64,000 nucleotides of DNA, taken from assembly GCA_003574845.1 (NCBI GenBank), contig NDHY01000004.1:12723-76722 (forward strand). The letters are read 5' to 3'. The DNA is from a candidate division NPL-UPA2 bacterium Unc8. GTDB taxonomy: Bacteria > NPL-UPA2. Positions 38,824-47,768 of the stretch are shown in pieces. Position 1 is the first letter of the stretch. Every line of letters begins with the position of its first letter. The position numbers and the translations under genes were made by a program. The notes under the pieces were generated by a model. The model was not told where the DNA came from, ran no database searches, and saw only the letters and a list, made by a program, of their open reading frames with translations.

Positions 38824-38928
38824 AAGCCAACATTTATCTCACCTCCTCTTATCTTTTGCTTTTTTATTACCTCTGTGTTGAATTTTACTGTGATTTCAGC
38901 TTCTGTCAAATAAAATTTATGGGATATT

Positions 38929-39975
38929 TTACTCCAGAGTCACTTTTTCATTCACATTGGTTGATATTGTTATCTGGCGATTACCATCTTCGTCTTCGCT
39001 TACGATGATTACTCCTATTTCTTCTATTGCCTCTGTTAGCTTTATGCCTTTCTCGCGTCCAAGGACAAAAATTGCAGTAGAAAGACCATCAGCAAATGTC
39101 GCATTAGGGGCAATAACAGTAACACTCTGCATTCTTTCTACTGGAAGACCGGAACGTGGATCAATAATATGATGGAATCGCCGGCCGCCGATTATAAAGT
39201 ACCAGCGATAATCACCGGATGTTACTACTGCCTCATCGCGCAAATCAAGGGAAGCAAAAATTTCACCTTTTTCTCGCGGGTCTTCTATTCCAATGCGCCA
39301 CCATTCTCGCTCATGTGGCTTTCCAAGAAGATAGAGGTCTCCTCCAGCATTAACCATCGCATTCTTTATTCCATGTTTTTCCAATGCCATAATAGCCATG
39401 CTGACAGCATGCCCCTTAGCTATCCCGCCCAGGTCAATCCCCATACCTGCTTTCTCTAAGCCAACTGCGAGATTGGCGGTATCAAGTATAATGTATCGCC
39501 AATTAACGAGGACACGCGCTGCTGCTATTTCAACATCGGTGGGAAGAGCGTTTTGCTCACGAGCAGCGCGCCACAAAGTCATCAGTGGAAGAATCGTAAT
39601 GTCAAAGGCGCCATCAGTCATTTCAGAGATACGAATAGACTCTTCAATAAGGCGAAAAGTACACTCACTTACCACAACCATCTGCCCTGCCTCGCTGGTA
39701 TTTATGTTCCATACATCACTTCCTTTCCTAAACCTGCTCATCGTATTATGAACTCTTTCCACCTCAGCAAAGGCAGCGGCAACAGCAACAGCAGCATCCT
39801 TTCCCCACGCAGAGATTTCAACTTCAGTTCCCAACAGAAACCTCACTTCCCTGACAAAGGGGAGTTGCTGGAATTGCTCATCTTCTGCAGGAATCCTCGT
39901 AAGAATTAGAAGTCCCACCAAAAGAACAAAGAGAAAAACAAATCCAAAAGATTGTTTTGACATTTTCATCCTCAT
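38929..39975 (-). CDS. apbE: FAD:protein FMN transferase (ApbE family)
   Basis: Signal/TM N-terminus and the GGIAKGHAV motif; 348 aa. Confidence 0.85.
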   Translation of the reverse strand: MRMKMSKQSFGFVFLFVLLVGLLILTRIPAEDEQFQQLPFVREVRFLLGTEVEISAWGKDAAVAVAAAFAEVERVHNTMSRFRKGSDVWNINTSEAGQMVVVSECTFRLIEESIRISEMTDGAFDITILPLMTLWRAAREQNALPTDVEIAAARVLVNWRYIILDTANLAVGLEKAGMGIDLGGIAKGHAVSMAIMALEKHGIKNAMVNAGGDLYLLGKPHEREWWRIGIEDPREKGEIFASLDLRDEAVVTSGDYRWYFIIGGRRFHHIIDPRSGLPVERMQSVTVIAPNATFADGLSTAIFVLGREKGIKLTEAIEEIGVIIVSEDEDGNRQITISTNVNEKVTLE

Positions 39976-40043
39976 TCAGATTCTATACCAAAAAACTGCA
40001 CAAAATGCAATGCCTTTACTCATACTGTAGGCTGAAAGCTGAT

Positions 40044-40077
40044 AGCTGATAGCTATTTTTTCTTGACGGGATTTTGG
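40044..40077. repeat. 34-bp exact repeat agctgatagctattttttcttgacgggattttgg (copy 1), preceded by GCTGAWAGC tandem units
   Basis: Identical to 53304-53337. Contains TTGACG. Sits upstream of leuC. Confidence 0.7.
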
Positions 40078-40162
40078 GGGGTGTAGTAGGCTTTATATCA
40101 GGTAGATAGACTGATAGCTAAACCCTGAACCCTTTCCCGAACGGAGCGAGAGTAAGCTTGTT

Positions 40163-41428
40163 ATGGCAATGACGATAACTGAAAAGATATTAGCTGCTCA
40201 TTCAGGAAAAAAAAGCGTCTTTCCTGGCAAACTCATTGAAGCAGACGTTAGTCTCATCCTTGCCAATGACATCACCGCTCCCATGGCGATTGACGAATTT
40301 GAAAAAGTTGGCGGCAAATTATTTAATCCGGAAAAGATTGTCCTTGTTCCAGACCACTTTACCCCGAATAAAGACTTAAAATCTGCCGCTCAGTGTTTAA
40401 AGCTGAGAGATTTTGTAAAGAAAAACAAGGTAAAGCATTATTTTGAGGTTGGGAGAGGCGGAATTGAGCATGTGCTCCTTCCCGACGAGGGACTTGTTTT
40501 GCCCGGGGACCTTATCATCGGCGCTGATTCCCACACCTGCACCTATGGGGCAGTGGGGGCATTTGCTACCGGGGTAGGAAGCACTGACATTGCTGCTGCA
40601 ATGATTACCGGCAAAGTGTGGCTAAAAGTTCCTGAGACGATAAAACTTATCTACCATGGGAAAAAACTAAAGAAATGGGTAACCGGCAAGGACCTCATCC
40701 TGCATACAATCAGGGACATAGGTGTTGAAGGAGCAAACTATCAGGCAATGGAATTCTGCGGGGAGATGGTTTCCAGGCTTGATATGGCGGCAAGATTTAC
40801 AATGGCAAATATGGCGATTGAGGCAGGTGCGGAAAATGGAATTTTTGAGGTAGACAAAAAGACTACTTCCTACCTTAATTCTACACCGGCGCACTACAGA
40901 CAGGAAATCGCCGCCGCAAGCGACCCGGACGCTTCTTATTGTAGAAGGAGAGAATATGATTGCGAAGCGCTTGAACCTCAGGTAGCCGCTCCTCCGCTCC
41001 CTTCCAATGCCCGCCCTGTTTTAGAATTCACCGATGTCCGCATTGACCAGGCATTAATTGGCTCCTGCACAAACGGACGAATTGAGGATTTGAGATTGGC
41101 AGCAGAGGTTCTCAGCGGCAGGAAAACTCATCCTGATGTCCGGCTGATTATAATTCCGGCAACACAGAAAGTCTATCTTCAGGCGCTCAAGGAGGGATTA
41201 ATTGAAATATTCATCTCCTCCAATGGCGTCGTTTCCACTCCAACCTGCGGACCCTGTCTTGGCGGACACATGGGAATACTTGCTCGTGGAGAGGTAGCAA
41301 TAGCAACTACAAATAGAAATTTTATTGGAAGGATGGGACACCTTGAAAGTAAGGTTTACCTGGCAAATCCAGCCATTACTGCCGCCTCTGCCATCAAGGG
41401 AAGAATTGCCCATCCCGACGAGGTATAA
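40163..41428 (+). CDS. leuC: 3-isopropylmalate / homoaconitate dehydratase large subunit (short archaeal-type aconitase-family LeuC/HacA)
   Basis: MAMTITEKILAAHSG N-terminus and the aconitase Cys ligands (GSCTNGR, CGPCLG); 421 aa. No small-subunit gene is adjacent. Confidence 0.85.
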   Translation: MAMTITEKILAAHSGKKSVFPGKLIEADVSLILANDITAPMAIDEFEKVGGKLFNPEKIVLVPDHFTPNKDLKSAAQCLKLRDFVKKNKVKHYFEVGRGGIEHVLLPDEGLVLPGDLIIGADSHTCTYGAVGAFATGVGSTDIAAAMITGKVWLKVPETIKLIYHGKKLKKWVTGKDLILHTIRDIGVEGANYQAMEFCGEMVSRLDMAARFTMANMAIEAGAENGIFEVDKKTTSYLNSTPAHYRQEIAAASDPDASYCRRREYDCEALEPQVAAPPLPSNARPVLEFTDVRIDQALIGSCTNGRIEDLRLAAEVLSGRKTHPDVRLIIIPATQKVYLQALKEGLIEIFISSNGVVSTPTCGPCLGGHMGILARGEVAIATTNRNFIGRMGHLESKVYLANPAITAASAIKGRIAHPDEV

Positions 41429-41462
41429 ATAAGAGAGGCACAAAGGCACAGAGGCATAGAGT

Positions 41463-42398
41463 ATGACAGGGGTGAAAAAAAATACTGTTTTACTTACTTT
41501 GAGGTTGCCTGACATTAAGATGCTTAAACAGGGGAAAGTGCGGGATATTTATGACCTTGGCAATAAGCTTCTGATTGTGGCAACAGACCGCATCTCAGCA
41601 TTTGATGTCGTCTTACCCGATGGCATTCCTGACAAAGGAAAGGTGCTGACCGGATTGTCGGTATTCTGGTTTGGGCTCACCAAAGAGATTATAAGTAATC
41701 ATCTTATTACTGCCGAGAGTGCTCTTTTTCCGGAGAGATTGCAAGAGCACGCTGAAGTTCTTAATGGTCGTGTGATGCTGGTGCAAAAGGCAGATGTAAT
41801 TCCGATTGAATGCGTCGTTCGCGGCTACTTAGCAGGCTCAGCATGGAAGGAATACCAGGAAACAGGTTCAGTCTGTGGAGTTAAGCTTCCATACGGTCTC
41901 TTGAGGGGAGCGCCTATTCCTGAGCCTATCTTCACCCCTGCTACTAAAGCTACTTGGGGGCATGACATTAACATCAGTGAAAAGGAGGCGGGAGAACTGG
42001 TGGGACATAAACTGATTCAGGAGCTGAAAGCAAAAAGTCTGAAAATTTACTCTATGGCAAGCCGTTATGCTGAGCATAGGGGAATAATTATCGCTGATAC
42101 GAAACTTGAGTTCGGTAGAATAGATAATAAAACCATTTTAATAGATGAACTGTTAACCCCGGATTCATCACGATTCTGGCCATATGAAGACCTTTTCCCA
42201 AAATTACCTGATGAGGCTCTATCACAGGCAGATAGAACACAAAGGAGCTTTGACAAGCAGTTTGTTCGGGATTATCTGGAAATGGTGAACTGGGATAAAG
42301 CCCCGCCTCCGCCACACCTACCCCCCGAGATTATTGCAAAGACAAGCGAAAAATATCATGAAGCATACCTTAGACTCACTGGAAGGAGATGTAATTGA
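41463..42398 (+). CDS. purC: Phosphoribosylaminoimidazole-succinocarboxamide synthase (SAICAR synthetase, long type)
   Basis: GKVRDIYDLGNKLLIVATDRISAFD signature. The true start is possibly the ATG at 41520. Confidence 0.85.
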   Translation: MTGVKKNTVLLTLRLPDIKMLKQGKVRDIYDLGNKLLIVATDRISAFDVVLPDGIPDKGKVLTGLSVFWFGLTKEIISNHLITAESALFPERLQEHAEVLNGRVMLVQKADVIPIECVVRGYLAGSAWKEYQETGSVCGVKLPYGLLRGAPIPEPIFTPATKATWGHDINISEKEAGELVGHKLIQELKAKSLKIYSMASRYAEHRGIIIADTKLEFGRIDNKTILIDELLTPDSSRFWPYEDLFPKLPDEALSQADRTQRSFDKQFVRDYLEMVNWDKAPPPPHLPPEIIAKTSEKYHEAYLRLTGRRCN

Positions 42399-43099
42399 AA
42401 AAAATTAAATATATTGATGACCTGGCAAAGCTTGACCTCTGCCGCGGTGAGCGGACAGGTATTCCTGAGGCGGTCTTTGCTGAAGCAAAGCAACCTGCCG
42501 ATGTGGTCAGCATTCTTAAAGCGCTGGTGGAAGAGAAAGGGTATGCAATGGCAACCAGGGTTACCTCAGCATGCCTTGAAGCAATTAAAGAATCTGATTT
42601 TAGCCCATATAAAGTGCAGATGTATCCCAGGGCACGCATCGTTGTTATGTCTAAAAAGAATAGAAAGCAAAAGCAGGACACAGGTGCCGCCGTCGGGTTG
42701 ATAGCAGCAGGAACAGCTGATATCTCCATTGCTGAAGAGGTAAAAGTTACGGCTACTGAGATGGGCTGCGAGGTAATTTATGCCTATGATGTGGGAGTGG
42801 CTGGTATTCATCGGCTTATTGCTCCTCTGAAGGAGATGAGAAAGAAAAGAGTCTCGGTAATTGTCGTTGTGGCAGGAATGGATGCCGTGCTTCCAATTGT
42901 CGTTAAGGGGATGGTAGCTACCCCTGTCATCGGTGTTCCTACCTCTATTGGCTATGGCTATGGCGGTGGTGGAGAGGCGGCACTGATGACCATGCTTCAG
43001 TCCTGTTCTCCCGGTCTTGTGGTAGTTAACATAGATAATGGCTTTGGTGCCGGAGCGACAGCTGCTCTTATTGCTAAAGGTGCGGCAAAAGGATTATAA
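42395..43099 (+). CDS. larB: PurE-like carboxylase of the LarB type (nickel-pincer cofactor biosynthesis family) with about 60-aa N-terminal extension
   Basis: PurE-fold motifs (GLIAAGTAD, VVVAGMDAVLP, PVIGVPTSIGYG) plus a LarB-like N-terminal extension with RGERTGIPE. It is distinct from the bona fide purE at 60138. Confidence 0.55.
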   Translation: MKKIKYIDDLAKLDLCRGERTGIPEAVFAEAKQPADVVSILKALVEEKGYAMATRVTSACLEAIKESDFSPYKVQMYPRARIVVMSKKNRKQKQDTGAAVGLIAAGTADISIAEEVKVTATEMGCEVIYAYDVGVAGIHRLIAPLKEMRKKRVSVIVVVAGMDAVLPIVVKGMVATPVIGVPTSIGYGYGGGGEAALMTMLQSCSPGLVVVNIDNGFGAGATAALIAKGAAKGL

Positions 43100-43101
43100 C
43101 A

Positions 43102-43683
43102 ATTAACGAAAAACAAAAAATCAGGAAAAAATTTCTTGAAGAAAGAGGACATCTATCAGAAGTTTTTGTTACTGAAAACAGTGCAAAGATATGGGAGAGA
43201 CTCTCATCGCTAAGAGAATTCCGGGAAGCAAAAACTATTATGTTCTATGCAGCAAAAGAAAATGAGGTAAGAACCGAGAATATGATTAAGGAATCCATCC
43301 GTATGGGGAAAAGGGTGACGGTCCCCGTGATGATGAAAGAAAGGACACTGTCTCCATCTCTTCTGACCGATTATGATGCAGAACTAACTGCCAAACGTTT
43401 TAAAATATTGGAGCCGAAGGAAGAGTGTCTTCATTTTTTGCCGATTGAGGAGATTGAAGTAATTATTGTTCCCGGCGTCGTTTTTGACAGGAATAGAAGT
43501 AGAATTGGATTCGGAAAAGGATTTTATGATAACTTTTTAAAGGAAATCAGTAGCAAAACATGCGCAATCGGAATCGCTTATCAATTTCAGATAGTTGATA
43601 AGCTACCGGTTGAGGAAACAGATATCTCAATAGATATTATTGTAAGCGAAAATGAAGTTATTATTAGCCCCACGGGGATTTGA
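43102..43683 (+). CDS. 5-formyltetrahydrofolate cyclo-ligase (MTHFS); no canonical start codon
   Basis: The only ATG (43240) would truncate the conserved N-terminus. The in-frame upstream translation INEKQKIRKKFLEERGHLSEVFV...FYAAKENE matches the MTHFS N-terminus. The C-terminal GFGKGFYD motif is present. Confidence 0.65.
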   Translation: MNEKQKIRKKFLEERGHLSEVFVTENSAKIWERLSSLREFREAKTIMFYAAKENEVRTENMIKESIRMGKRVTVPVMMKERTLSPSLLTDYDAELTAKRFKILEPKEECLHFLPIEEIEVIIVPGVVFDRNRSRIGFGKGFYDNFLKEISSKTCAIGIAYQFQIVDKLPVEETDISIDIIVSENEVIISPTGI

Positions 43684-43737
43684 ACCCCGGTCTCCAGACT
43701 GAGAATCTGGCATCCTGGGCCTCTAGACGATGGGGCC
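43665..43737 (-). tRNA. tRNA-Glu (anticodon CUC)
   Basis: Folded by hand into a cloverleaf: acceptor GGCCCCA/TGGGGCT, D-arm GTCT-AGAGGCCCA-GGAT, anticodon stem CCAGA/TCTGG with loop TTCTCAG, T-arm CGGGG-TTCAAAT-CCCCG. It is highly similar to bacterial tRNA-Glu and has no encoded CCA. Confidence 0.75.
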
Positions 43738-43789
43738 AGAGGAATAATAAATTGGCACTTATTGATGCGACACTACCAGAACACAGAGA

Positions 43790-44815
43790 TTAAGGCAAAG
43801 AAAAATGGTCATATCCTGCTGGAAAGAGCCGGTGGGAGTTGCCTTTTTTGTCAATTAGTAACAACTCTTTTTTCTTGCTAATCTCACCTATTTTGCTTAT
43901 GGAGACCCCGAGCACATTGGTGATTGGTGATTGGTGATTGGTGATTGGTGCTCTTGTGCTCTTGTGCTCTTCTTTGTGCCTTTGTGCCTTTGTGCCTTTG
44001 TGCCTTTCTTTTATGGCTGCAGCAGTGAAGAGAAGCTGATAATCCTCTCCTCCTTCAAGAGCCAATTTTAACGGAGCTTTTCCGATTTTCTTTGCCGTTA
44101 TTCTGGTCTCATCAGAGATTGGGATTGCTTCCTCATAAATTTTTGCTCCTACCCTGCTTGCTTCGCAGATATGCATAATGTCACTGGAAAGCCCATCACT
44201 TATGTCAATCATTGAAGTTGGCTTAAATTTCTTAATAATTTCTCTCCCTTCATTAATAAGAGGCAAAGTGGGAATGTGTTTGCCCGCTAACCTTGCCGCA
44301 GCAGTTGCTCCAAGGTGCCCTGTAACAAATATTTCATCTCCTGATTTTGCCCCGCTCCGATGCACGAGAAACTTCTCGGTCACCTCACCCAGAAGAGAGA
44401 TATTTATCATCATACCTTCAGGGGACCTTGCAGTGTCACCTCCAACGATGGCAACTGCAAATCTTGCTGCTACTTTTTTTATTCCACGATAGACTTCATT
44501 GACGAATGTTACCGATGTTTCCGGGGTGAGAGCAACAGAAACAACGGCATATTTAGGAATGCCTCCCATTGCAGCAATATCACTTAAATTCACCGCCATT
44601 GCCTTCTCTCCCACCTGATATGGAGTAAGCAAGTCTGATGAAAAGTGAATATTTTCAATCAGGCTGTCCGTAGTAAATAAAATAAACTTTTTGGCGCCGC
44701 ATCTGATGACCGCAGCATCATCCCCAATTCCAGTAACTACGGCAGAGTTCACAATAGGAATCCCCTGTGTAAAGTGCTTGATTAGATTAAACTCTCCCAA
44801 CTCCTTCAGATTCAT
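43790..44815 (-). CDS. thiL: Thiamine-monophosphate kinase with in-frame repeat-encoded insertion
   Basis: N-terminal GEFNLIKHF...GIGDDAAVI (AIR-synthase-like fold) and C-terminal GYDHF ThiL motifs. An 84-bp tandem-repeat block (43917-44008) is translated in frame near the C-terminus. Confidence 0.85.
   Translation of the reverse strand: MNLKELGEFNLIKHFTQGIPIVNSAVVTGIGDDAAVIRCGAKKFILFTTDSLIENIHFSSDLLTPYQVGEKAMAVNLSDIAAMGGIPKYAVVSVALTPETSVTFVNEVYRGIKKVAARFAVAIVGGDTARSPEGMMINISLLGEVTEKFLVHRSGAKSGDEIFVTGHLGATAAARLAGKHIPTLPLINEGREIIKKFKPTSMIDISDGLSSDIMHICEASRVGAKIYEEAIPISDETRITAKKIGKAPLKLALEGGEDYQLLFTAAAIKERHKGTKAQRHKEEHKSTRAPITNHQSPITNVLGVSISKIGEISKKKELLLIDKKGNSHRLFPAGYDHFSLP
43917..44008. repeat. 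Composite microsatellite block (TGATTGG x4, TGCTCTTG x3, TTTGTGCC x4) lying inside the thiL coding sequence
   Basis: ggtgattggtgattggtgattggtgattggtgctcttgtgctcttgtgctcttctttgtgcctttgtgcctttgtgcctttgtgcc. Confidence 0.85.
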
Positions 44816-45951
44816 CGAAAAATTCTCCTTGCTAAAAGACTTTTTCTAATGCTGATTGCGTCCTCAGGGCACAACTCGCGACAGCAAAGGCAGAGGATGC
44901 ATTTGTGATAATTAATTCTTGGGTAGCCGTCGGTAAGAGAGATGGCATCAACAGGGCAGTTTTCTCTACAAATCAGACATCTCGTGCACTTTTTGCGGAG
45001 AGGAACAGGCTTAACCATTACCTGTCGCGCAATAAGACTCAAAATTGGGCCAGGAATTCTTCTTGTCAGGCGGGCACTCAAAGGGAGAATGAAATCATCA
45101 ATGCTCACCTCCTCCAGAGACTCTCCTAAAACCTCTATCTCCTTCAAACCAGATACTCCAAGACTTCTTTTTGTCGCTGCCTTTGTTGTGGGGACATCAA
45201 AAGGTGCCAACCCTATCATTGCCTGAGCAATGGTATCAAGAGCAACTGAGTCTTTACTTGCCAGAATTACTCCGATGTCTCTCAGCTTACCATGAACAGG
45301 TCCGTTTCCTTCCATTCCAACAACGGCATCAAGAATTGCCATCACTGGCTTCATTACTGAGAAAATGTCGGCCAGCGCTTCACCAAAGTCATCCGGCTTT
45401 GGGCACCGTTTATGAATCTCAGCCTTACCGAGACCGGGAATAAGCCCCATAAGGTTTTTAACTGCTCCTGTGTATAATGTAAGGTCGTGTGTCTTGAGTT
45501 TGGGAAGGGTTATAATGGCATCTACCTCAAGTGCGACAGCAGGAATATAAAGCTTCTGATAAATTACGCCATGAGGGACACTTATCTCCCTACTATTCTC
45601 CTCCAGGCTTACAAGTTTTGCGCCAGTCATTTCGGAAATCTTCTTATATCCAGAAATTTCCCAATAATAACTCAGCCCATTTTTTATTATACCTCCAGGA
45701 CTGTCGCCAATAAGAACCTCTGCACCCTCTTCTTTCAATAACTCAACGACTGCCTGGACTACAGCAGGATGAGTATCTACTCCACTCTCTGGTGGTTTTG
45801 CGGAAAGCATATTCGGCTTGACCAGAATACGACTACCTTTCTTTACAATCTCACCCAGACCACCAATCAGGGTCAGTGCTTGTCTGACCGCACCCCGGAC
45901 GTCTTTTTCATTATAATCCCTGCATCGGACAATGGAAACCTTTGCTTTCAA
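44812..45951 (-). CDS. DUF362-domain protein with C-terminal 2x[4Fe-4S] ferredoxin domain
   Basis: C-terminal [12 protein letters not shown] and [12 protein letters not shown] clusters; 379 aa. Confidence 0.7.
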   Translation of the reverse strand: MKAKVSIVRCRDYNEKDVRGAVRQALTLIGGLGEIVKKGSRILVKPNMLSAKPPESGVDTHPAVVQAVVELLKEEGAEVLIGDSPGGIIKNGLSYYWEISGYKKISEMTGAKLVSLEENSREISVPHGVIYQKLYIPAVALEVDAIITLPKLKTHDLTLYTGAVKNLMGLIPGLGKAEIHKRCPKPDDFGEALADIFSVMKPVMAILDAVVGMEGNGPVHGKLRDIGVILASKDSVALDTIAQAMIGLAPFDVPTTKAATKRSLGVSGLKEIEVLGESLEEVSIDDFILPLSARLTRRIPGPILSLIARQVMVKPVPLRKKCTRCLICRENCPVDAISLTDGYPRINYHKCILCLCCRELCPEDAISIRKSLLARRIFR

Positions 45952-45959
45952 AGAGAACC

Positions 45960-46290
45960 TCCAGTAAAGCGCTACATCTGTAGGCGGTTTTTCTGAAGAT
46001 AATTTAAATCAAACTTCGCCCATATAGTCAAGAAAAACAACTACAAATCCCAAATAAGAAGACCACCAGAGCACCAGTCACCCACAGGGGTCAGGGATCA
46101 GGGGTCAGAATCCAGAATTTAGGTTTTAGCCCTGAATCAAGTTCAGGGTAGGTTTTAGGTGTCAGGTTTTAGAGTTTAGAGTTTTGAGTTTTGAGTTTGT
46201 TTAGAGTTTAGAGTTTCGTATTTAGAGTTTAGGCTTCTTTGTGCCTCTGTGCCTCTCTAATAGCTTTCAGCCTACAGCCTGAGCGGTTTG
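45960..46290. repeat. Approximately 330-bp divergent intergenic region filled with tandem repeats (GGGGTCAG, TAGAGTTT/TTGAGTTT, GTGCCTCT, CAGCCTA units)
   Basis: cagaatccagaatttaggttttagccctgaatcaagttcagggtaggttttaggtgtcaggttttagagtttagagttttgagttttgagtttgtttagagtttagagtttcgtatttagagtttaggcttctttgtgcctctgtgcctctctaatagctttcagcctacagcc. Confidence 0.8.
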
Positions 46291-47610
46291 ACTGGGGGGT
46301 ATTTTTTTGATAGTGTTATCACTATGATACAAAGACCAAAAAACCTGCCCGAGCAACCAGGCATCTATCTAATGAAAAACAGTAAGGGGGAGATTGTCTA
46401 TATTGGGAAGGCGGCATCTCTTCGTGAAAGAGTTGGGTCTTATTTTCGCTCCCCCGGCACGCATGGGGCGAGAATAGAAAAACTGCTCTCTGACGCCACT
46501 GAACTTAAATACCAAACGACTGATTCTGAGATTGCTGCCATCAATCTTGAATGCGAGTTAATTAAAAAATACCATCCTAAATATAATGTTCAGCTTCGCG
46601 ATGATAAGAAATATCCTTTTGTTAAAGTAACCGTTCAGGAAGAATATCCCGCCATTTCTGTTACCAGAAAACTAAAGTCCAATGGCTCTAAATACTATGG
46701 TCCTTATACCAGCTCTAAAAAATTGAGAGAAACCTTAAAGATAATGCGGATTTTTTTTCCGCTGCGGAGCTGCCGTTGCATTCGCAAGAGAGCCTCACAC
46801 AGGCCATGTCTGAACTATGATTTGAAGCAGTGTCTGGGTCCCTGCACCGGTCAAGTTAAAAAAAGAAAATATCAAAACCTGGTCAATGAAACTTGTCTGT
46901 TCTTAGAAGGAGCCGGCGAAAAACTTATCAGGCAACTTGAGAAAAAAATGGAGAAAGCAAGTCTCTCTCTAAAATTTGAAGAGGCTATGAAGCTGCGTGA
47001 TAAAATTAAATCCCTGAATAGAATAATAGAGAAGGAAAAAAGCACGCCAATATCAGAGATAATGAAAGTTGCTCACTCCTTGCGCGGGAAAAGAGGAGTT
47101 AAGGAGAGTTTGGTTCTTTTAGGAAATGCTCTCGGCTTATCATCTCCTCCACGGCGAATTGAGGCATTTGACATCTCTAACATTATGGGCAAAGAGGCGG
47201 TGGGGGCAATGGTAGTCTTTGAGCAAGGCGAACCAATAAAAAAAGACTACAGACGCTTCAAGATAAAATTAAGCTCAAAAATAGATGACTACGGAATGAT
47301 GAGAGAAATTATAAGGCGGCACTATGGGCGGGTAAAGCAGGAAGGAAGGAGGCATCCGGAACTTATTTTGATTGATGGTGGTGAGCAGCATCTCAACCTG
47401 GCAACGGGAGTCCTGAAAGAGTTAGGGTTAGAAAAAATACCTGTCATTGCCATTGCCAAGCGACTTGAAGAGGTCTTCATTCCCAACAAACGGGAACCGC
47501 TCATTATCCCGGACAGCGCTCTTTACTTAATTAAAAGGATAAGAGATGAAGCGCATCGTTTTGCATTGGCGTTTCATCGCCAACTGCGAACAAAAAAAAT
47601 GCTATCATAA
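46288..47610 (+). CDS. uvrC: Excinuclease ABC subunit C, short form lacking the C-terminal (HhH)2 domain
   Basis: GIY-YIG N-terminus (PGIYLMKN...GEIVYIGKA), UvrBC motif, RNase-H-like endonuclease domain (EAFDISN); 440 aa. The true start may be the ATG at 46324. Confidence 0.8.
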   Translation: MTGGYFFDSVITMIQRPKNLPEQPGIYLMKNSKGEIVYIGKAASLRERVGSYFRSPGTHGARIEKLLSDATELKYQTTDSEIAAINLECELIKKYHPKYNVQLRDDKKYPFVKVTVQEEYPAISVTRKLKSNGSKYYGPYTSSKKLRETLKIMRIFFPLRSCRCIRKRASHRPCLNYDLKQCLGPCTGQVKKRKYQNLVNETCLFLEGAGEKLIRQLEKKMEKASLSLKFEEAMKLRDKIKSLNRIIEKEKSTPISEIMKVAHSLRGKRGVKESLVLLGNALGLSSPPRRIEAFDISNIMGKEAVGAMVVFEQGEPIKKDYRRFKIKLSSKIDDYGMMREIIRRHYGRVKQEGRRHPELILIDGGEQHLNLATGVLKELGLEKIPVIAIAKRLEEVFIPNKREPLIIPDSALYLIKRIRDEAHRFALAFHRQLRTKKMLS

Positions 47611-47768
47611 CATAAGGGTGTCAGGTCTTGCGATGTGACTTCCGAGAGTAGACCTTCCCTGTAGAGCAAAAATCCTTTGCTAAATAAGCAAATTTGTCTT
47701 ATTATGCTCCTACCTAAACAACAAGTAATCAGGCTGAAGGCTGTTAGATAGAGGGAAAGTTTTAAAAA

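Noticed and set aside
38616-38909. 97-aa minus-strand ORF overlapping the topA start
   Set aside because: It overlaps topA out of frame and has no RBS. The hand-found 37-aa ORF with a strong SD (38710-38823) explains the coding signal there.
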